Part shown: in pieces, positions 37,513-49,015 of the stretch
How the letters are laid out: each line of letters starts with the position of its first letter
Position numbering within the stretch: the first letter of the stretch is position 1
Assembly: GCA_004431415.1 (NCBI GenBank)
Contig: QPMI01000459.1
Location: 62,001-126,000 of the forward strand
Direction: 5' to 3'
DNA from: Cyanophora paradoxa CCMP329
Lineage: Eukaryota; Plantae; Glaucophyta
Length of the DNA stretch: 64,000 nucleotides
Made by a program: the position numbers and the translations under genes
Notes under the pieces: model-generated
Seen by the model: only the letters and a program-made list of their open reading frames with translations
Told to the model about the DNA's origin: nothing
Databases searched by the model: none

Positions 37513-38554
37513 ACCCAAACGCCCGCGCCCCACGACCCCTCCCCTTCCCGCCCCTGCACCCGCCCCCCCCGCACCCACGGCGAAAAGAAAGGCAACCGGT
37601 CGCAAGACCCCCAAGCGCGGGACCAAAAAAGCGCGAACGGTGCCAATACCTGCGGGACAACCCACAATCACGTCCCTCTTCGCACCCGGAGTATACAGAC
37701 CACTCACGACGCTGCAAGAAACTGACTCTCCCCCCTCCTCCTCGCTCCAGCTGCCTTCCCCGACCGGGACCCCGCGCGAGGCCGCCCCTCCGCCCCCTCC
37801 GGCCCCTCCCCCGACCCCAATCAACCCACAAATGTCGGACCCCTCGCCCACCCCGACCACCACTATGGCTTCGGCCCCCCCCTCGGCTTCGGCCACCCCG
37901 CCGGCTTCGGCCCCCCCCCTTGGCTTCGGCCACCCCATCGGCCCCGGCCACCCCCCTGGCTTCGGCCATCCCCCCTACTCCGACTGACCCCTCCCGACCC
38001 CTTGCGACCCGCTTCATCTCCGCACTCCCCGCTCTCTGCGCCGCCTGCCAATGCCCACGCTCACTCCACACTGCTGTCCCGGCACCTCTCCCCGCCCTGC
38101 CCCGCATCCGCTGCCCACCCCCTACCGCTGCCTCCGTATACTCCCTCTCCTTCCTCATATCTTCCTCCTACCACCTTCTTCACCTTGACAAAACAGGACA
38201 CCGTTTAATCGGGGTCTTGGGGCGCAGGTGAGGAGGAGGGAGGCGGCAGAGTGAGGAGGAGGAGGGGTGGCGGAGCGGCGGCAAGGGCGGGCGGCGGACT
38301 GCGAGACATTTCACTTCCAGGGCTCATGAGGGATGGAGGAGACGATCAAGGGGTGGGCGCGCGGGTCTGGTTACGGCTATCACCGAAAACCAAGGCTCCC
38401 CCACTCAGGCGAACCTCCCATATTGAGCGACCCATGGCCGGCACCTAGCTAGCATCTTCGGCTAGATAGATGACCGGTCGGAAGGGCGCGTCACGTAGAA
38501 CATTGATACATGTGCCGTGGTGTATCAATGCGACGTCCACTTCTGCAAAAAAAA
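37513..38554 (+). mobile_element. 1042-bp 5'-truncated poly(A) retroposon carrying a Pro/Lys-rich ORF end
   Basis: 18-bp TSD GCGCAAGTTAGCTTTGAT at 37495-37512 and 38555-38572; A8 tail 38547-38554; 10-bp hairpin 38501-38530. Confidence 0.88.
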
Positions 38555-39244
38555 GCGCAAGTTAGCTTTGATCATGAGTCGCCGAGTCGCAAGTCCCGGA
38601 GTCCGACGGTCCGGATCTGGCGATCAAGTCGCAAAACAAGTGACGCTTGGCGAGTCCCGAGACTCGGACCGGGCGCCGGCGGCCCGGCATGCGGCCATGC
38701 AGTGCCAGGCTGCCAGCAACTGCGCATGCCAGCCAGTGCCAGCACTGCCAGGCTGCCCAGGCAGCAGGGCCGAGCAGGCCCAGGCTGCCGCGGCCAGCAG
38801 CGTTCCGGCGGCCCGCGGCGGGTGGGCCGGACGGTTAACGTTCGGACCCGGCCGGTAGTAGGCCCGGTACTACGGTACTAGTAGTACCGGTATACGTACC
38901 GGACTTCTACCGGTACTGTACTAGTAACTTCGACTGCCCGCCCCGGCGCCCGCCGGCTTTAGTGATCCCTTCGACTGTTCTTTTGCCTGCGCATGCACTT
39001 GATCCGCTTGATCCGCCTTCTGTGTCCTCCTCGTGCTGTAGCTCTCGATCTGTTCTTTTGCCTGTAGCTTCGAATTCCCCGCCGCCCTCCTACCGGCAGC
39101 CCCGGCAGCCCCGGGCCTCTAGATCTAGATCTGCCCCCCCGTCCCCGCCAGCAGAGGATGACTGCGCCCCGCTCAAATATTCGATTCCGCGCAACACATC
39201 TGAAGCCGGATTCAATGTACACGTCGAATTCGAACTCGCTGAAC

Positions 39245-42200
39245 CTAGGCGTCGTTGAAATCGAGCCCGATCTCCTCGACGCTGCTGCGGATCGCCTGGA
39301 CGAAGAGCCGCCGCCGCTCCCCCTCGCCGCCGACCGCAAGCGACGGCACCCCGGGGATCTGGACCTGATTCGAATTAATTATATATACACGAATGGGACA
39401 AATTCGAAGGGCCTGCGGGCGGATTCGAACCTCGTCGAAGCACGTTCGGAAGACGAGGCCCCACTCTTTGTCGGACCAGGGAACCAGGATCGTTCGCTTG
39501 AGTTTGCGGCCTTGTGCGGCGCCTTCGAATTCGGCGGCGGCGTACGTCTTGGGGGCGATGGTGAGCTTTCTGCGCGCGGAACCGGTCTTCTTCTAGATCT
39601 AGAACGATTGCATTTGCAAACTTGAGCTCACTTTTCCAGCTTTCCGCTCGCCGGCGCAGAGGCGCGGCCTGCGCGTGCAGTGCGGCTCGAGATTCGACTT
39701 GAATTTGACGGCGGCGGCTGAAATCGAATCGATAGCGAACGCGAACAAGCGCACCGATGCAGCGGGCGAGCTGCGAAGGGTCCAAGTTGCCCGTCCGAAG
39801 CGCATCGAAAAGCCAACGCTCGATCAGTGCTCGATCCTGCGGCCGCGGAGAGGTCAAGGTTCACAAATCCCTGCGCTGCGCATTATAATTTAACATTCGC
39901 CCTTTACTCGCCTCCGCGAACTCACGCCAACCCTCGTGGAATCTCAGCTGCAATTGCAAGAATCAATTCATAATTATAATTAATTACAGCCCATCGACAT
40001 CGCAACCCACGTTCGCGATGAGAGTTTCGGCCTCCCACGCCTGGCCTGCGCATGCGCATGCGAATATTAATTGCACTTGATTTGAAATTCGAATCAAATC
40101 AACCAGCCGGATTCGAACCGCCGACAAGGGCTGCCCAGTCGTCGGCTCCCGGCAGCCCGACCGCCTCCAGTGCGTCAGCCGCGCTCGAAGTCGCCTCTGG
40201 AGTTTTCTTCCACGCCCCCGGCCTGATGAAAACGCCCTGGAAGCCCTCCTGCGCGCGCGCACGATACATTGCGATCGATGCCGAGAAAATATATTTTTGA
40301 ATCACACGTAGATATATATAATCGAAGTTTGCTATGCTTAAGCTTACCCGCATCGCGTCCAAAAGCGGCCGACGCCGGCCCACGCACTGCCACTGCGCCG
40401 CGAGGCGGACCAGATCGCGCTTGTTCGCATCCGTAAGCTGCACACGAGTTAACGTAAACGTTCGCGGGCATATATAGAAGCTCGCAATTATGATCATGAT
40501 CATGAGCGGGCGATAGAAAATTGAGAATCACGAGCAGGCGATATATACATAGTGAGCAGGCGATAATATGTAGGTGGCGAGCCGCGCACATCCTCTCCGC
40601 TGAACTGGGGGCACCCCTGGAGGAACGCGTCCATCGGGACAGGCGCGTCGGGAGATACCTGGGCGAAATTAAATTAATTAAAGTTGCAGGGTCGACGTCG
40701 ACGTCCTTTCGGAATTGTGAAACTCATTGCAATTACAAAATCGGAGACACTACTGACCGGCTCGCTGAGCATCCTGTAGATCGATCCGTGGACTTGCTGT
40801 ACAGCGGCTCCGGTATTTAGGTATAATAATCGCAAAGCAAGCGCAATATCGCAAAGCAAGCGCAATTATTTATGACCATATGCATGATGACTCACGGGAT
40901 CCAGGAACGGTTCCCAGAGCGCCAGCGCCTGTTCCGAAGCGGTGCACTTGTCCGGCTGCCGCAGTGCGAGTTCGAATCTTAAAGTTCGAGTTTGAATTTT
41001 AACGTTCGAGTCTGAAGTCAACGTTTTTATTGAAATATTAATCAAGCTTAAGGATGCTCACTTAAGGAAGTTCAATTACAAAAGAAACAACGCTAAAAGC
41101 GAAGCTTTCTATTCATTAATATTTCGATTTTATAACACACCTCCTTTCCCGCCAGAAGTGGGAGCATTGGAACAAAAGCAGTGGGGATGGGATCGGTGGT
41201 TTTGCAGCATGGGTCCAGAATCCTCTCAAGGAGCGCTGCAAGTTCAAGGTGAACGTTGACGGACGACCAATCTCACATTGCAATTGTCGAATACATAAAT
41301 GCTCGCGTTCTATTTCCACATCGATGTATAAACGCTCACCTCGTCCGATTAGAGCTCCAATAAATCGGTACTTCTTGAGAACATCCGGCGCGCAAAGCCC
41401 GACAGCAGCTGTGGCGAGCGAGCTTGAACTGCCCGCGGCCAGACGAGCTGACCCGCGGCTGCAGCTGGCCGTGGCTTCAGAGGACGCCTCGGACGTCCGA
41501 GCCCGCTTGCTGCTCCGACTTTCCTCGAAATCGCTGTCGATCCCGCTGTCTTCCTCCTCCAAGTCGATGACGACAATGCGCTTGTTAGAGGCGCTGGTAT
41601 CGCTATCAGCCGACGGCGGCAGCACCGCCCTCGTGCCTCGCATCGGCTCTTCCACGAGACCTCCCTTGATCAGCTCCTCGAAGAACTGCCCCGGCACGCA
41701 TTCATATTACAATTGAAAACCTTCTCATTATAAAGTGCAAGACGTTGGCAGTTGCACGCTCGGGGCGCACCAAAGCAAAGAACTCGCGGCAGGGTCCCTT
41801 GAACTTCGAGGCTCGATCCTCGGCGCTCTCCATTGCAATTTTCAGCGGAATGTTCGCTTGCTGCAGCTGGTCCCAGATTCGCCGCTCCTGGCACGACTGG
41901 AATGCGGATTCGACCACGGCTCCACGATGCACCTGCGTGCATGACGTCGACGATCTTTTCTCAGCCCTCGAGCTCGCACGTCAGCAAATTAAATTTAATT
42001 GAAATCGAAGTCTATATATTCGTGCCTCAATCTCGATGGGCTTCGGCCCTTTGGTGCTGTAGACGCGAAGCTGCGTGTGCGCACAGCATACGCATCATGA
42101 TCAGCCGCCCGGCCCGGCTTTTCGCTTCGACTTCGCTTGTACTCGCACCTGCTTGGCGATCATGTAGATGAGACGGAGCCTGCGCATGCAAAACAACACG

Positions 42201-45200
42201 TTATTCGCATGCATATTATCATATGCATAATGTTAACGTTGAGTGTGAAGTATCCCGCCCCGCAGTGATCGATTTAATGAGCGGACGCACGACGTATTCC
42301 GCAGAGAGCGGACTTTGGAGCTGCTGTCGTACTTGTACATGTCAGCTGCCTCAACGGTTGCGCTCGAGTACATCGACGTCGATTGCCCCGCAGATGCCGA
42401 TACCTGCATTCTCCTCTCCGCCTGCAGGCAACGGCGTTAGCTATAGGTTATGGGCCGGGGGCCCGGGCTTTTAAGCTCGAGAAAATGTTATCCTCAGCAG
42501 TACGCATTGGTCTTTGAAGCTCGCGCGAATGTTATCCCCGGCAGTGCGGATTGAGCTTATCTATATAATCATATAGAGTTATAAATATATACCTCAAGCG
42601 AAGCCTCAAGCGACTGAACTCGCTCCCTGAGAGCGGCCAGCTCCGACCCCGACGTTGATCCGGTCTAGCCAAGGAACAAAGATAATTAGCACAACGTTGG
42701 AATTATTAGGTAGAGTTTGATGACCTGTCGAGCAGCTTCCTCCGCCGCCGCACAGGCCTTGTCTGCGGCCTTCTTGGCGCCCTCCGCCTCGTGCTGCGTT
42801 TTTAGGGCGTACTCGAGCGACTCCTCCGCTTGTCTCGCTCTTGAACTTGATTCGCGCAACTGCATATGCATGATCACTAGTATACGCAGCTGCAGCTGCA
42901 GATGCTAGATATTTTAAAGTTGCAAGATTATGCATACGGCTGCACGGAGGATCTTGAGCTCCAATATTTGCTCATTTTGATCAGCCTCCACGTCGGCTAG
43001 GCGTGTTCGTTTTGCAGTTTTCGAAGAATTTTCGGCTGCAGCGGCCAGCTTGCGATCGAACTCCGAATTCTGGTTGCCAAACGACAGATTCGATGCGAGT
43101 TGATTCGAAAACCGTGCTCGATTATATTTAACGGTAAACGATCACCTGCGGGGCGGACGCCTGGTCCTGGAGGGAGCTGCGATGAAGAAGGGAAAGCTCC
43201 TCCATGCCCACCAAGGGGCCCGTCGGCCCTTGCGCCGCAATCCGCCCGTCCTAAAGCACACGCTCAAGGGTCGTAATTATAAGCGGAAGGGGGCGAAAGG
43301 CAGAATTGAAGGGCAGACTGAGTAGATCCGGATTTGGTACGGGGCAGGCAGGAAGCGCTGAAAGCCTGCGATGAGCTCATCGTGGCCGGCAAAGAGTCTC
43401 ACAACGCTCAGAATAACGTCCTCAGTGGTCAGCCTGCGCATTGCATTCGAACGCATGCACATAGAAATATAATGAGGCTTCATTAAGCGCACCCGCCGTC
43501 CTTCCAACGCTTGATCGTGTCGAGAAAGCCAGAGTAGCTGTGAGGGGCCTTGGCCCGAGCTTGGGCGAGGTAGTCCAACGCGTCCGATCGCGAGTCTGTG
43601 GTATCGATATTCTGATCCAGACGCTTGAATTCGCGCGAGTTTGTGCAACGGGAAATAGTGCTTGCAATTGGATCCATCTGCTCGAGCTCGGGTTCACGAA
43701 TCTCCGGATCCTGCTGTATCCAAAATCAGAACGGAAAAGCTCGAGATCTGCAGCGCTAGCGGCAGCGTAATCATAACGCACGTGGTGCTCACGATCTTCG
43801 GTCTTTTCCTTGCTTGCCTGGCCATTAAGCCCGGCCTCCAGATCTTTTGCGCCGCCGGACTTGGCACGATCAGCCGAAATCGCCTTGCCATTCTTCTGCA
43901 GGCCGATAGTTAAGGAATGCCGAACACAGGGACACAGCTTCCGTAACATCTAGATCTCACGAGCGCGCATCGAAGCCTTCGGGGGGCGCGTAGGAGGCCC
44001 ACCTCGCGCTCGTAGCGCGCCTTGTCCGCCGCCGCCTTCGCCTCGTACGGCTGCAAAGATCCATCGTGTCACAACAAGATAATGATCAACCGACTTGAAA
44101 TATGCGATCAGGCGCCTCGCATGCGCACCGCCTTCTCTTCGGCTGTCATCTCCCTCCACTTCTCGCCCTGTGAATATGAATATATAATCAGGCAGTCGGA
44201 AGGGCCGTCATCGACGCGCTGTACGTAAACGTATACGTATACGCGAAACGAAAATGATGCTCACGCAAATCTTCGCGAGGTCGGTGCTGCTGACGCTCAT
44301 ATTGTTCTGCTTGAGTTTCTCGCGGCTCTCTGGCAACGAGCAGACGCCGTGACACGCATGCTTCAACGGTTGCAAATCGAGGAACAGCGAGGACAGAAAG
44401 TCGGACCAGTAAAGAAAATGGCGTAGGAGTTCGAAGGGCGCTTTGGGGCTCCGGGATCCCTCGGGGCAGGCTTGCCCCCCTTGGGCTTCTCCTCCTCTTC
44501 GCCGCCCTCGCCCTTGCGCATGCTCGCCTTTGCCTCCTTCGCGCCGCCGGCCTCGCCGTCCTTCGCAGAAATCGCCTTGCCGCTCTTCTGCTTTAAGAGT
44601 ATTTATAAGAATCAGAAAGGACGATTCGTTCGCGAGCATTCATCTCGCATTTTCAGGCGCGCCTCGAAGCCCTCGGGGGGCGCGTAGGAGGCCACCTCGC
44701 GCTCGTAGCGCGCCTTGTCCGCCGCCGCCTTCGCCTCGTACGGCTGCGAAGATCCATCGTGTCACAACAAGATAATGATCAACCGACTTGAAATATGCGA
44801 TCAGGCGCCTCGCATGCGCACCGCCTTCTCTTCGGCTGTCATCTCCCTCCACTTCTCGCCCTGTGGATATCAATATATGATTAATCAGGCAGTCGGAAGG
44901 GCCGTCATCGACGCGCTGTACGTATACATAAACGTATACGTATACGCGAAGCGAAAATGATGCTCACGCAAATCTTCGCGAGGTCGGTGCTGCTGACGCT
45001 CATGTTGTTCTGCTTGAGTTTCTCGCGGCTCTCTGGCAACGAGCAGACGCCGTGACACGCATGCTTCAACGGTTGCAAATCGAGGAACAGCGAGGACAGA
45101 AAGTCGGACCAGTAAAGAAAATGGCGTAGGAGTTCGAAGGGCGCTTTGGGGCTCCGGGATCCCTCGGGGCAGGCTTGCCCCCCTTGGGCTTCTCCTCCTC

Positions 45201-48200
45201 TTCGCCGCCCTCGCCCTTGCGCATGCTCGCCTTTGCCTCCTTCGCGCCGCCGGCCTCGCCGTCCTTCGCAGAAATCGCCTCGCCGCTCTTCTGCTTTAAG
45301 AGTATTTATAAGAATCAGAAAGGACGATTCGTTCGCGAGCATTCATGATCATCTCGCATTTTCAGGCGCGCCTCGAAGCCCTCGGGGGGCGCGTAGGAGG
45401 CCACCTCGCGCTCGTAGCGCGCCTTGTCCGCCGCCGCCTTCGCCTCGTACGGCTGCGCATGCGAAGATCCATCGCGTCAGTTCACAATGTAATTATATAA
45501 TTTTTCGACCACAATTTGCGCACTGCTTTTTCCTCGGATGACATGGCTACCCACTTTGCGCCCTGAAAATAGAAAAAGGTTCGCAGTCGCCAGGTCTAGA
45601 TTCGGACAGGATGCAATAACATTAAAAAAAAGAGCGTACCGTGAGCTTCCCGAGATCTCGGAAGCTCGCACCGGGGTTCTCCGCCTTGATCGAATCGCGC
45701 TTGTCTGTACGCGGCAGGCGGGCGTCAGTTTGAAAGCTTGCAATTGATCATGAGTAGTGATGAAAACTTCCCGAAATAAGGAGCTCGCGATCGAGCGCAC
45801 CGGTCGAAAAGAAAGCGTAGGCGGTCGAGGGCCGCTTGGGCGCGTTCGGGTCCTTCGCCGCGCATGCGCTTTTCCCGCCCTTCGCCTTGCTGGCACTGTC
45901 GTTCGCGTCCGTCGTCTGCTCGCCTGTCAGCATCGGCGTCGCGAGAGATCTAAGCCAGCATTTCAGATCACACGTGCACCTTCGATTTCTCCTTCGGCCC
46001 CTTCGGCTTCTTCTCCTTCGCGGCCGCCGGCTGCGCGGCGTGCAGCTGCGCACGCATTAATATCGGGTGTTGCTTTCGAGGCGATCACAGAAGTTTGATT
46101 AAAATCTCGAGCCTTCGGAGCGGGGGCGGATCCGGAGGGCGAGGGCTTGGCGATCTGGAAAAGGGCGTTGTCCGCAGGGGCTGCTGTAGGGGCCGAGTTC
46201 ACAGCTGGGCTCAAGGCTGGCGCAGCCCGCGCAGCAAGTCCGGAGGCCGAGGAGGCCGGCGGCGGCGGTTCGATAGCGACGTCGACTGAGGAAGCGCCGG
46301 CGCCTTCAGCCTTCGAATTTGCCATCACCGACTCCGAGGCCTGCGCAATATTTAATGATATAAAACGCATCGCCTGTTCGCGCGTGACTTACGCGACCTA
46401 AAGCTACCTTTGGGTTGGGCTTCGCTGGCATGGATGAGCTTGCAATTGCGGCATCCTGTCGCGAAGGTGAATAGATGAAGTTTAATTTCGACTTCGCTAA
46501 ATCAAAGGCAGCTGCAGGAAAGAAGCGATTCACAGGAGAAGAAGCGCTCTGACGAGCGCGCGCACCGGGGCAATATCGAGCTTTCGCGGTATTTGCGGCG
46601 GAGGCTTCGCGATGAGCAACGGCTTGACTTTCTGCTTCGTGCTCAGGTCCGCGCACGTGACGCTCAGGCTCGGAAGCGCCGAGCTTGCAATTGAGGCTGC
46701 CGATGTACTCGCCGATCGAGAGCTGGCTCTCGCATCGATATCGATAGCAGCGGCGTGCTTTCCCGAGGCGACGGCGCCGGCCGCGGCCGCCTGCGGGGCC
46801 TTCTGAGCCTCGTCGCGATCGCCCTCTGCTGCGAAACTCTGCAAAAAAAAGCGCGGGAACAGATAAGGTGCCGCCGGATCCGGAAAGCCTCAGCCGCGCG
46901 CGAAGAAAGTGATTTCTATGACTCGAGATCGGTGCCGTCTAGCCCCTAGGCCTTGGAAGGCACGAATGGACGCGATCGAATTTTGATTTTGAACGCTGCA
47001 TGCAGCTATATAGCTAGCGCTGTATATAAAAAGGCGCACGTGCACCTTCGCATTTGTGGGGCCCGCGGGTGCCGCGATGGGCGTCTGCGCGCGAAAGAAC
47101 GCCGCAAACTGTCAGGAGCAACAGAATCCCAGCTGCAGGAAACACTAGTAAAACGGGGTCCGAACTGATCTAATTACGATCTAATTGCGACCTAATATAT
47201 TAGATCACAGTTCAGTCGGCCCGGCCCGGCGATCTAATACGGATCGTATTGCAATTAGATCGGAGTTAGATCGGGGCTTGCGCCGCCTATAGCTGATAGC
47301 TGAGCCCTATAGCCTTATAGACCTATAGCCCTTAGAGCCCCTAGAGGCCCTTTTAGCCTTTTAGGTCGAGCCCGCCGCGGCGCCCGGCCCCGCGCGCCGC
47401 CCCGGCCTCCCCGCCCTAAGCTCCCCTCGAGCGCCCCTCGAGCTCATGATCATGAACACACGCTCTTGATAATTAAACAAATTACGTATGTATGCACGTG
47501 ACCCGAGCGCGTGGGCGAGAAGGCCGTTCTCAATGTGGCCACGAGGGCGTCCCTGGCGTCCCTAGGCGCCAGATCAATCCCTGGAATGCGGGGAAGCTAA
47601 AATACGCTTGTATGCGCATTGAAGAGACATTTAAGATTATGTATAAAGCTTAAGAGCAGCGCCGTGGGCTGGAGGGCGCGCACCAGAAAAGAGCCGAGCT
47701 TCGCTGTAGCTTCGCTTGGACAGCTCGCCTTCGAAATCTGGACAAGCAGAACTCGAGATCAGATGCAGAATGGTGGCGATACGAAAGAGATGGTGGCGAG
47801 CTCGGCTACGTGGAGGTCGCGTAACTGGAGGAGCGGCGGAGGAGCCGCTCCCGCGCGGCAGTTTCGCGAGCACCTGAGGCGAGAATCACGGCGATGCGCA
47901 GAGATTAGGGCGGGGGCGCACGGGTGCGGCCGCGCGGCCATGAAACTGCGGCCGCGCGGCCGCGCTCGGGCGCGGCGTGGGCACGGGCGCGGCTCGCATG
48001 CAGCAGGCTCGACAGGAGAGCAGGATCTCGCATGCTTGGCGGGCCTGGCGGCGGCGCGGGCGACTTGCGGCGCAAGCTCAGCAATACGAAGTTTGATAAG
48101 GATGCGCATTGGCCGCCGCCGCCATATCTTTCTCCCTCCAGCTCTCCTTCCCTTCCCCTCTCTGCTTCCCTGCTGCCTAGATAGCTGTATAATTATAATG

Positions 48201-48622
48201 CGAGTGATCTGATTGCTACATGTACACGGCAGCGCAAGGGTGGAGCGGCGGGGGGCGGGCGGGGGCGGCGGGGGCCCGCGGTCGGCGGCCCCGGATCTAA
48301 CTGAGATCTAACTAAGACCTAATTGCAGTTAGATCGCAATTTGGTCCTTACGCCCATTTTTAGGTCGCAATTAGATCGGGGGCCGATCTAATATATTAAG
48401 TCTCAGTTAGGTCGTAATTAGATCAGTTCGGACCCCTTTTTACTAGTGAAAAGATGGGCCGGGCCCACGCGCGGCCGGCCGCGGCTAGCGCTCGTACGCG
48501 TGACGCCGGCTTTAGGCCGCGAGCGCGCGCACCGGAGCGCTGTTTCTCTGCGGAGGCTTCACGACGATCAGCTTGCAATTGCCTTTCTTCTTCGAATTCG
48601 TGTTGCAATTGGGGCCCGCCAT
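39245..48622 (-). CDS. Probable single gene: 3x HMG-box + PAH domain + coiled coil + C-terminal HECT E3 ubiquitin ligase
   Basis: HMG: KDPNAPKRPSTAYAFF...GAKW...PYEAKAAADKARYERE, and twice RDPGAPKRPSNSYAIFF...GEKW. PAH: DALDYLAQ...FLDTIKRWK...VVRLFAGHDELIAGFQRFLP. HECT: GPCREFF, YRFIGALIGRAL, LTDANKRDLVRL, MR|EGF, RTCFDE (catalytic Cys), DFNDA*. Several exon junctions unresolved. Confidence 0.65.
43960..45475. repeat. ~700-bp tandem duplication of an HMG-box exon cassette
   Basis: Near-identical exons and introns repeated at a ~0.7-kb period. Confidence 0.9.
47143..48448. mobile_element. Non-autonomous CACTA/EnSpm DNA transposon, 1306 bp
   Basis: TIRs CACTAGTAAAACGGGGTCCGAACTGATCTAATTACGA / TCGTAATTAGATCAGTTCGGACCCCTTTTTACTAGTG; 3-bp TSD AAA; subterminal GATCTAA repeats. 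Confidence 0.93.
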
Positions 48623-49015
48623 CGCCCGGTCGACCCCGGCTGAGAACCCGAATGTGCGGATCGCGGCGGCTGCAGAGAATTCGAAGGGCGCGTACGAAGG
48701 CCGGGCGCTGGCCCAGCGGCGCTGCGGGGCTACCGAAATCTGGAATGGAGGGGGGGATGGAGCGGATCGACGCCAATTGAAGTCGAATAATATTAATACA
48801 ATATATTCGAGCTGGTCGTGTCGCGCGCAGACGCTGAGCTCGCGCCCATCGATGTGGAGGGGGCGACGGACGTCGGCGTATCGCTCCGCTTCGTCCCGCC
48901 AGTCTTTTTTTCAACCCCGGGCTCGTGAACCCCTACAGCTAGCAGACTCGAGAGATTTGACATGAGCGCCGCGCGCTCGAATATTGAATATGCATTCACG
49001 TATACTTATTCAAAT

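Noticed and set aside
39590-39604. In-frame stops inactivating the HECT domain
   Set aside because: The TAGs fall at the 3' end of a predicted intron beginning GTGAGC, although the phase of the adjacent junction is unresolved.
41330-41400. KH domain suggested by YRFIGALIGRG
   Set aside because: After splicing it reads FIGALIGRALLERIL, within a full series of HECT motifs.
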